DNA of 64,000 nucleotides from Candidatus Hydrogenedentota bacterium (GTDB lineage Bacteria; Hydrogenedentota; Hydrogenedentia; Hydrogenedentales; SLHB01): NCBI GenBank assembly GCA_963674865.2, contig CAXXYE010000008.1, positions 256,001 to 320,000 of the forward strand, read 5' to 3'. Shown piece by piece: positions 57,501 to 64,000 of this stretch (position 1 is its first letter; each line of letters starts with the position of its first letter). The notes under the pieces were generated by a model. It saw only the letters and a program-made list of their open reading frames with translations, ran no database searches and was not told where the DNA came from. The position numbers and the translations under genes were made by a program.

Positions 57501-59728
57501 CCCTGAGACGCTTGCCCGGTGATGTCGAGTTGGCTTACGCGCTTATTGGTGAGACGACGACAAGGCACTCGGTCGCTATCAAAGACATAAGCAATCTCAT
57601 TCCCGATTGGCGAGATCGCGTTCCGCAGAGCTCGGAACTGGTCGCTACGTTCTCGGGCTGGCAACAAGCCATTGAGGAATTGGCCACGGTAAAGGATTTC
57701 CTGGACGGAGATTCAAACATCCTGGGCTTCCCAGAAGATTTCCTGTTCTTGGTGCAGGCGTTCCAAGGACAGGACTCCTCCCTGTTCGATTCCTTCGACA
57801 AATTGCTCCTATACATGTTTGATGACGCGAACAGCACGGCGGTGCCGACGTCGCCCTTAGGCATCGCCTACGACAAGTACTTGGCGGCCCGAGACGAGTA
57901 CGCGAACTTCGTGGAGACGCAGGATACGCTGGCGGAGGAGTTGCGCACACAGAATCTCGATCACCGGAAATGGATGTATGACGTGGTCGGTGTAGACCCG
58001 GGGAACGACGTGGACAACCCCGATGACGCCGAGAACTACTACAACCCGAGCGGGAATTACGGGGGCGACCTATGGCAGATCGATCGGAGTATTGACCGCG
58101 CACGAGCACAGCTTGAGGTCAATGAGGCCCAGTTGCAGAAGATTCTGGACGACATCAATACCGAGCTTTGGCGGCGCTCTCAAGAACACCAGATCAACGC
58201 GGCGATTGCCGACCTTCACGTGGTCTACGGAAACGAAGTGGCGTTGATCGAGGGGGCCATCGGCGTAATCAACGGAGCCCAGGTCCTTGCTGACAATATC
58301 GTTGAAGGCCTTGCCGGAGGCACGGAGGACCTCGTTACGTCGGCCGGATTCAATGTTGGGGCCCGTGTTGTTAATGGGATCTTTCAGGCCGCGGCGGAAG
58401 TCGCGAAGGGCGCTGCTGAGGCGGGCAAGGCACTCCTGGCCGCCTCAGAGAATGCGGACGTTCGCCGGCTGGAGGATCAGATACTCGATGTTAACAGCCA
58501 GGCGCTCATAAAGAACCTGTTCGGCGAGGCCAACTTGGTGGGGATGCAGTCCACGGATCTCGTATTGGCGTTGGTGCAGGAAATCGCCAGGCGTCAGGCG
58601 AACATTGACGAGTGGCACTACCGGGAAGATCGTATGCGTGAGAACAACGCGGCCCTTCTTGGACGGTCCTTCGCGAATCCGGTCCACCGCCTGCGTCTGC
58701 GCCTGTCTATGCTTGAGGCCGAGTCCACTTTCAAAGTCGCTCAGAAGTGGGTTTTCTATACGATCCGTGCGCTCGAGTATAAATGGAACACGCCGTTCGT
58801 CTACAGCAGTCCGACGGGAGACTGGTCAGTGGATTCAATCTTCCGCGCTCGGACGGCGCGCGACCTCGTGCTGTTGGTCTCCGCATTGCGGGACTACGAC
58901 GGGCTCTTGCAGGGAAGTTCCCGCGGCGATGACCGATTCGATTGGTTCTCATTTAAAGAGGATTTCTACGGACTCACTCCGGTTTACGACGACAATGGGG
59001 ACGAGTTGAAGGTTTATTCGCACCCGCGCACCGGCTACGGAGCAACAGCCACCGAGGTCTTTAGGGCGCGACTCGAAGACGTGTTCGACTCCGATACAGG
59101 TACCATCGACATTCCCTTCAGCACTTTCAAGGATAATGGCCTCACCTTCTTCCGCGGCCCCCGGCGCGACGCCGAAGATCCGGATGTTGTGCTTTCGAGA
59201 GGGCAATACCTCGACAAGATCATGTGGATGAAGGTCAACCTGTTCGGCGATTTCTCGGATGCGCCTGTTGCACGGGTGGGTGGGACACTGACTTACTCGG
59301 GTGGCAGCTACGTCCGCAACGCCCGCGTCGGTACGGTGGATCCGGAGAATCCCTCGCGGATACTTGACGAGTTTTCCGTGTGGCCGACCAAGTTCTGGTT
59401 CTTCGACAGCGGCCAGCCCGGCGGGGATCCGCCCGTTTCCGCGGCCTGGCGTTCCAGTGACGAACAGACGACTGAGTTTGCGCTCAATCTGACGGATATT
59501 TCACGTTTCGAGGTGCCCGATACCGTCGGCCAGATTGACGTTTTCCGCGAGCGGAGCGTCGCGAGCGATGGCTGGCGTCTTCAGATCTATACGCACCAGA
59601 ATGGAGTCCCCGTGATCACCATTGACGAGATTGACGATATCGAGGTCCTCTTCTATCACATGAGCAAGGAGAGGCCCCCGCTAACCAAGAGCGAGGACGG
59701 CACAGTCGGGATCTACGATGGGATGTAG
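54590..59728 (+). CDS. Large secreted protein: DUF11 + BACON-type Ig domains + long helical region + C-terminal beta domain (Tc toxin A-subunit-like, tentative)
   Basis: Signal VLAVLLLAASMLA; DUF11 (DLVITV...PGQNVTYEIVVNNYGP...NTATV...DNNTSTD); BACON-like units (PWISV...NTSSSVRTGYITV...VTVIQ); heptad region with Gly/Ala-rich centre; C-terminal RSVASDGWRLQI...IDEIDDIEVLF. Confidence 0.75.
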   Translation: MNSNEAHRKGPLLPGWRMSPMRCGVLAVLLLAASMLAQGQSDLPTDLVITVDNNRAYVSPGQNVTYEIVVNNYGPNAVVGALVEDSFPVELTTVTWEASPTAGATSALGWGSGDISDTVDIPVGDRVVYTVWAVVDPFSVGSVANTATVTAPPGFLDVFEDNNTSTDEDPIEFQSVARIQPFYRNGWPSPNAFAQPGDTPPDQGTVAFNGHVGDWSAPADPSAGSPRFVLKTSSFGQPLGQYISAAVDIDGILLDAVDELFYVPGNSSDQNNRAAFRFINTLFTTDSGSAVDEIQRRLDNGLVYDTTIDPSDDNWNVSPATGISDEERALHVADEIKPLLQAFPHDRELRNLLLDIYYYRTLGRQMVAKQKVVEAYQLNFSEVLSDDVSFGTPINREIDAFKVASEALRGVLNPYIELLTDDLGVDIATQVDASYTGDLPFGFYVFRQEVPNRSVYAPTFVDYFPDTGTVSGTPAQVLDDERQAPVLFVSPTSFLVDADGNPDGSTVNEVTFTIENFGAGSDGAGDLYWEAVVVNPTTSSGKGIKMLSLDIGDGEWGSRLASENPIEPPPAGTPATVTVKIEANDSVLRRSGKIEVRDISGKADALTYTVIVSQSGHTQRVLGVEPEEVYYTTPPSQVFPVNISNLGSGTLDWKATVIDTGLPSGMTVSLTWWPLEWPYHILPQYVSEITGWDAAVVKVKVDNAPTDSQAIDIVKIEQVNLASETTTITLHTGGHTTAKTLSVPLLSVYPDLIALSSEAITRSFSINDVASVGDVTVTSTVPWISVQPVETGPVQLDIAENTSSSVRTGYITVRASETGSQSCVVTVIQDGASDAGLVVNPIQRYAGNESGEVSSGEGFDVIRVGSGDLSWTSQVSKGGHWLKIVAGESGTNDGEVLYSYDENTSLHGRTGEIVIQAPDAVDGQNLVAVQVFQRGAENTQVLTGGFKDLILLFDVMRDDAQVNKELAKRYALRRLPGDVELAYALIGETTTRHSVAIKDISNLIPDWRDRVPQSSELVATFSGWQQAIEELATVKDFLDGDSNILGFPEDFLFLVQAFQGQDSSLFDSFDKLLLYMFDDANSTAVPTSPLGIAYDKYLAARDEYANFVETQDTLAEELRTQNLDHRKWMYDVVGVDPGNDVDNPDDAENYYNPSGNYGGDLWQIDRSIDRARAQLEVNEAQLQKILDDINTELWRRSQEHQINAAIADLHVVYGNEVALIEGAIGVINGAQVLADNIVEGLAGGTEDLVTSAGFNVGARVVNGIFQAAAEVAKGAAEAGKALLAASENADVRRLEDQILDVNSQALIKNLFGEANLVGMQSTDLVLALVQEIARRQANIDEWHYREDRMRENNAALLGRSFANPVHRLRLRLSMLEAESTFKVAQKWVFYTIRALEYKWNTPFVYSSPTGDWSVDSIFRARTARDLVLLVSALRDYDGLLQGSSRGDDRFDWFSFKEDFYGLTPVYDDNGDELKVYSHPRTGYGATATEVFRARLEDVFDSDTGTIDIPFSTFKDNGLTFFRGPRRDAEDPDVVLSRGQYLDKIMWMKVNLFGDFSDAPVARVGGTLTYSGGSYVRNARVGTVDPENPSRILDEFSVWPTKFWFFDSGQPGGDPPVSAAWRSSDEQTTEFALNLTDISRFEVPDTVGQIDVFRERSVASDGWRLQIYTHQNGVPVITIDEIDDIEVLFYHMSKERPPLTKSEDGTVGIYDGM

Positions 59729-59735
59729 AGCGAAC

Positions 59736-60686
59736 ATGAGACACTGGACAATCGGCGCTGCTATTATCATCGTGACGGCGCTTGTCTGCGTCGCCCAGGC
59801 CCCTCAGGACCCGGTGCCCTCGACAGTCAACTTTCAGGGCACTCTGCTCGAGGCCGACGGGAAAACGCCGGAAAACGGCCCGGTCGACCTCGAATTCCGA
59901 TTGTACGCTAACAAGGATGACGACAAGGCCGCTGCGATTTGGGCCGAGGCGCATACCGCGCAAGAGTTGTTCGAGGGCATATTCAATGTCCTACTCGGCA
60001 ATGGCGGGAGTGTAACCGGATTCCCACACGATTCCCTCGATGCCGTCTTCACCCACGCCGCTCTCTGGCTCGGTTTGGAGGTCCAAGGCGAGGCGGACGA
60101 GCGGGCGGAACGGCAGCAGTTCACCTCCGTCCCGTATGCATTGACGGCCAACACGGCAATTAACGCGCTCCACGGCGTACCGGCGGGTACCATTGCCATC
60201 TGGGGAGGGCCGGAAGCGGACATTCCAGTCGATTCAGGTTGGCTTCCTTGTGATGGACGGGAATTGGACGTGACGGCGGATTCGGGCAAGTACGAGGCCC
60301 TCTGGAACGCCATCGGCACGACCTGGGGCAGCTCGGCCACAGGCAAGTTCAACCTGCCCAACTTCGGTGGACGCGCTCTCATGGGCGAGAACGGTTCTCA
60401 CACCCTTGGCGATCGTCTTGGCGAAGAGGAGCACGTGTTGACGCTGTCGGAGATGGCATCTCATGACCACAGCTTTGTTGACACTTACTCTACAGGCACC
60501 CAGAATGTTAGTGGGCAGATTGGTATTCCACAGCCTTACTACTCGCACTGGCCCGATTCTTCCGATGGCAGCTATCGCTACACGGGATACACGGGCGGCT
60601 TGTCCGAAGGACTTTTCCCGCACGACACGAAGGCTCACGCGAATATGCAGCCATCACGGGTAGTGGCCTTCATTATCAAGTATTGA
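59736..60686 (+). CDS. Secreted fibre protein with phage tail-collar domain, paralogue 1
   Basis: Signal peptide; NFQGTL...FRLY...WAE...GIFNVLLG, SVPYAL; GVPAGTI...GWLPCDG...AIGTTWG...FNLPN; SHDH; HANMQPS...IIKY. Confidence 0.88.
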   Translation: MRHWTIGAAIIIVTALVCVAQAPQDPVPSTVNFQGTLLEADGKTPENGPVDLEFRLYANKDDDKAAAIWAEAHTAQELFEGIFNVLLGNGGSVTGFPHDSLDAVFTHAALWLGLEVQGEADERAERQQFTSVPYALTANTAINALHGVPAGTIAIWGGPEADIPVDSGWLPCDGRELDVTADSGKYEALWNAIGTTWGSSATGKFNLPNFGGRALMGENGSHTLGDRLGEEEHVLTLSEMASHDHSFVDTYSTGTQNVSGQIGIPQPYYSHWPDSSDGSYRYTGYTGGLSEGLFPHDTKAHANMQPSRVVAFIIKY

Positions 60687-60748
60687 AGTGGATGCAGCCG
60701 ATGCATACAGAGGATAAGGACGTGAGCGACGAAGTGAGAACGCGGGAC

Positions 60749-61723
60749 ATGACGAAGCGGGCGCAGTCCACATGCCTGCGAGCCTTTCTTGTCGTCGCGG
60801 TTCTGACGGCCTGTTTTGGCCAGCCCTGGGTCGCGGCACAACCGATCCAGGCCCCGCCGGACTTCGTGAGTTATCAGGGGACTCTCCTCTTGGCTAGCGA
60901 CGGTGTCACACCTGTGAGCGGCGCATCAGACATTGAGTTTCGGTTGTACGCCAACGAGGCCGACGATGTGGCCGCCGCAGTCTGGGGTGAAATCCATGAG
61001 GACGTCTCCATATTCAACGGCGTCTTCAACGTGTTTCTAGGGGGAGGAGACGCGATTGATGGCGTCCCGAACGGGAGTCTGGCCGATGTCTTCAAGAATT
61101 CGCCTCGTTGGCTAGGCATCAAGGTGGGCCTCGACGCGGAGATGTCCTCCCGGCAGAAGATTTCTTCCGTTCCCTACGCCCTGACGGCTACGCACGTGAC
61201 AACGGCCATACACGGGGCGCCCGTGGGGACGATCATGATGTTTGCGGGGCCGACCGCTCCTACCGGCTGGGTCTTCTGCACCGGGCAACAGCTAAACCTG
61301 ACAACAAACCCGGAGTATAGCGCGCTGTATGACGTTATAGGAACGACGTGGGGCGGGTCCGGCCCGACGGACTTCCGCCTGCCCGACCTGAGGGGGCGGA
61401 CGCCCATCGGCTCCGGCACAGGCATCGACGCAAACACCGACACGAGCTTCGGAGCAACCGCCGGACTCACGTCGCGATCCGTGAACACGGCCGTGGGGAG
61501 CGAGACGGCCACGCTGGATATCGAACAGATGCCCGAGCATAGGCATAGGTACTGGGACCGGTACATAGAGTCTCCTGCTTCGAACAAGCCCCAATGGGGG
61601 CTTGTCAACCATGCGGCCAATCCGAGCGATCTTTCGCAGGACACGACCGGCAATAGGGGAAGCGGCCAAGCGCACAACAACATGCAGCCCTCTACCTACA
61701 TCAATTTCATGATCAAACTGTGA
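60749..61723 (+). CDS. Secreted fibre protein with phage tail-collar domain, paralogue 2 (start uncertain)
   Basis: SYQGTL...SVPYAL...PVGTIMMFAG...FRLPDLRGR...EHRH...HNNMQPS. Confidence 0.88.
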   Translation: MTKRAQSTCLRAFLVVAVLTACFGQPWVAAQPIQAPPDFVSYQGTLLLASDGVTPVSGASDIEFRLYANEADDVAAAVWGEIHEDVSIFNGVFNVFLGGGDAIDGVPNGSLADVFKNSPRWLGIKVGLDAEMSSRQKISSVPYALTATHVTTAIHGAPVGTIMMFAGPTAPTGWVFCTGQQLNLTTNPEYSALYDVIGTTWGGSGPTDFRLPDLRGRTPIGSGTGIDANTDTSFGATAGLTSRSVNTAVGSETATLDIEQMPEHRHRYWDRYIESPASNKPQWGLVNHAANPSDLSQDTTGNRGSGQAHNNMQPSTYINFMIKL

Positions 61724-61739
61724 GTCTGTGGAGATGGAA

Positions 61740-62690
61740 ATGTTCGATAGTCGGCCTCAGACGGGACTACGCGAGGCAAGAGCCGTGAGCGCCGGTGGAG
61801 CCCTGACTAAAGTGAGGCATCTGCGGCTGTTCGTGGTCGCATGCGCCGCGGCCGTCGCGTTGGCTCTGCCGTGCAGTTCCCAGCCGCTCCCCGTGCCGGA
61901 ACTCATCAACTATCAGGGGCTCATCTATCTCGAGGACGGTTCGACGGACGTGACCGGCACTTACGATTTCGAGTTCCGCCTCTACACTGCGTCGTCGGGC
62001 AGCGCCGATGCACTGTGGGGCGAACGCCACGAGAACGTTCAGGTTGCACGCGGGAAGTTCAACGTTCTTCTAGGGGCCGGGGCCGAGATCGCGGGCGTTC
62101 CGCACGAGGCCGGCGTTATGGCTGATGCTTTCAGGTCAAACACGGTTTATCTCCAGTTACGTGTTGATACCGACCCGGCAATTCGGATCCGGCAGCAGTT
62201 CTCCTCAACGCCACACGCCTTCAGCGCGCAGAACGCGTTCACGGCGGTTCACGGCGTCCCGCCCGGCACGGTGATGCCCTTTGCCGGCTCCTCGGTTCCC
62301 TACGGGTGGTTGTCGTGCAACGGCGCATCCTACGCGCAGGCCGATTATCCGGCCCTGTTCGCGGCTATCGGCACAACCTGGGGCGGCAGCGCCACCAATT
62401 TCAATGTGCCCAACCTCGGAGGTATGATCCCCGTGGGCGTCACTTCCGGGCATGGACTCGCGGCGACCCGAGGTGAAGAGAAAGTCTCCCTAAGCTCTTC
62501 GAATCTCCCCAGTCACCACCACACCTTCTACGACAAGCGGTACACATCGCAGGGAGGAACGGGTGTCGATACGGCTCAGGCCGACGACGCAGAGGGAAGC
62601 ACCAACAGGGCGACCCAGTCTTCCGGGTCCGGCACAGCTCACCCGAACGTACAGCCATCGTCGGTGGTTAGGTACATCATCAAGTGGTGA
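61740..62690 (+). CDS. Secreted fibre protein with phage tail-collar domain, paralogue 3 (start uncertain)
   Basis: NYQGLI...STPHAF...PPGTVMPFAG...GWLSCNG...FNVPNL...SHHH...HPNVQPS. Confidence 0.88.
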   Translation: MFDSRPQTGLREARAVSAGGALTKVRHLRLFVVACAAAVALALPCSSQPLPVPELINYQGLIYLEDGSTDVTGTYDFEFRLYTASSGSADALWGERHENVQVARGKFNVLLGAGAEIAGVPHEAGVMADAFRSNTVYLQLRVDTDPAIRIRQQFSSTPHAFSAQNAFTAVHGVPPGTVMPFAGSSVPYGWLSCNGASYAQADYPALFAAIGTTWGGSATNFNVPNLGGMIPVGVTSGHGLAATRGEEKVSLSSSNLPSHHHTFYDKRYTSQGGTGVDTAQADDAEGSTNRATQSSGSGTAHPNVQPSSVVRYIIKW

Positions 62691-62736
62691 GTGCCTCGAA
62701 AGGCTCTCGTCCTGACAGAGTAAGAGGAACAACACG

Positions 62737-64000
62737 ATGACGCGGAAAGAGAAGGCGGCGGGCATCGCAGTCGTGCTCTATGTGGCGACTGCATTGGCCG
62801 CCGCGGCGGCGCCCCAATTGTCTTTCCGTTCTCTCAGCGCAATGCCGGGAGATACCGCGTTTCTTGACCTGGACGTGACCGGGGCCGACGATTATTACTT
62901 GGGCGTCAACGTCAAGTTCAGTCTGCCCAATGGAGTGACGGTCTCATCCGTGGCAAAGGGCGATCTGCTCACGGATAATTTCACCCTCGATTCTCACCGT
63001 CTGGATAACTCCAATACCTACACAGCGTTCGCCTATTCTGTCACCGACTCGATACCGCCGGATGAAGGCTCCCTGCTGCGCTTCAGCCTTGAGGTCTCAA
63101 GTGATCTCGGTGAACTTGGCCTCGATACCGTCGCGGTTGTCGACGTGCCGGTGCCCATCCTGACGTCGGGAATTGCCGCCTTTGACGGCGATACCGCCCT
63201 GGGCCATTCGGCGGTCGACGGCGTGATCACCCTCTCCCGCGATCCGCTGGGGGCCTTGGCGGTTTCGCCCCTCTCTCGAACCGTGACTGCATCCGAGGGC
63301 ACGACGTCTTTTTCCGTGTCCAACACCGGCAGTGCGAGCCTGTCTTGGGTGGCCTCCGTCGGCGCGACGGATACGTGGCTTACCATTACGTCGGGCACAG
63401 GCGGCGTCGATGCCGGCGTAATTGAGGTCGCATTTGAACAGAATCCGTCTGCTTCCTCGCGGTCCGGCTCCATCCTTGTTGACGCGGGGGACGTGCCGGG
63501 CAGCCCTGTCGCGGCCACGGTCACGCAGGCCGGGAATACCAGCCCCTGGCTGGTGGTCTTGCCCGCCGAGCAGACCGTGAACGCCGACGCGCTGAGCGCG
63601 GAGTTTGCTGTGACAAACGCCGGCCCTAGCACACTCAACTGGGCCGCCTCGCTTGTTGAAGGCGGCGACTGGGCTTCCATCAGTGCGGGTGCGGCGGGCA
63701 TAGACGCAGGCACCATCCGCCTCAGTTTCTCGACCAATGACGCCGCTGCCGACCGGACTGCCGTTGTGCGCGTCGTGGGAACGAACGCGCTCGGCAGCCC
63801 AGCTCAGGTCAGCTTAACGCAACGCGGCCGTCAGCCCCTCGAAGTCATTACTCCGAACGGCGCGGAAGTCTGGCATCGCGGCGTCACGGAAACCATCACG
63901 TGGTGCTCTGACGCCCCCAAGGCCGTCAGTTCCGTTTCGATTCTACTCTTGAAGGGCGGCAACGTACTAAGAACCATTGCACAGACGACGTACAATACCG
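62737..64000 (+). CDS. Secreted cohesin-like + BACON-domain protein, runs off the window (not in the ORF track)
   Basis: GAGG RBS, ATG 62737, MTRKEKAAGIAVVLYVATALAAAAA; cohesin-like (AMPGDTAFL...GVNVKF...KGDLL...GSLLRFSLEV...DGVITL); two BACON-like units; TPNGAEVW..G...ITW; no stop before 64000. Confidence 0.85.
   Translation, partial: MTRKEKAAGIAVVLYVATALAAAAAPQLSFRSLSAMPGDTAFLDLDVTGADDYYLGVNVKFSLPNGVTVSSVAKGDLLTDNFTLDSHRLDNSNTYTAFAYSVTDSIPPDEGSLLRFSLEVSSDLGELGLDTVAVVDVPVPILTSGIAAFDGDTALGHSAVDGVITLSRDPLGALAVSPLSRTVTASEGTTSFSVSNTGSASLSWVASVGATDTWLTITSGTGGVDAGVIEVAFEQNPSASSRSGSILVDAGDVPGSPVAATVTQAGNTSPWLVVLPAEQTVNADALSAEFAVTNAGPSTLNWAASLVEGGDWASISAGAAGIDAGTIRLSFSTNDAAADRTAVVRVVGTNALGSPAQVSLTQRGRQPLEVITPNGAEVWHRGVTETITWCSDAPKAVSSVSILLLKGGNVLRTIAQTTYNT

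Noticed and set aside
59736..62690. Prophage tail module
   Set aside because: The proteins have signal peptides and no other phage structural or lysis genes are in the window.

Overview
GC-rich bacterial window with four parts. (1) 1-17 kb: carbohydrate-utilisation genes (GH36 alpha-galactosidase, a tri-modular GH16 enzyme, a DUF5009 acyltransferase, a beta-propeller/GH123-like protein, a sugar ABC transporter without ATPase, a Tat-exported unknown and a membrane protein). (2) 17-35.7 kb: a decayed accessory island of gene fragments (AbiEii, tyrosine integrase, J-domain, pfkA, ECF sigma, H+-ATPase, integrase-core IS) mixed with intact stress and regulatory genes (groES/groEL, OmpR-type two-component pair, B12 radical SAM, pentapeptide protein, DUF3309, DUF502). 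Several intergenic regions here share an 11-bp-periodic TTTGCC box. (3) 35.7-53.1 kb: a signalling cluster (CheB-CheR fusion, PocR/PAS kinase, NtrC-type activator, a consensus sigma54 promoter, two hybrid kinases) ending in IS110 and AAA-ATPase debris. (4) 53.3-64 kb: the best candidate for an undescribed system. It is an operon of signal-peptide proteins behind a near-consensus sigma70 promoter: a dockerin-like/Calx-beta protein, a ~1700-aa protein whose C-terminal half resembles a Tc-toxin A subunit, three tail-collar fibre paralogues with divergent tips, and a cohesin/BACON protein running off the window. Two degenerate tRNA-Met fragments, a 45-bp dispersed repeat and three copies of a 22-bp IS-end motif mark junctions. 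All family calls are by-eye motif recognition; no searches were run.
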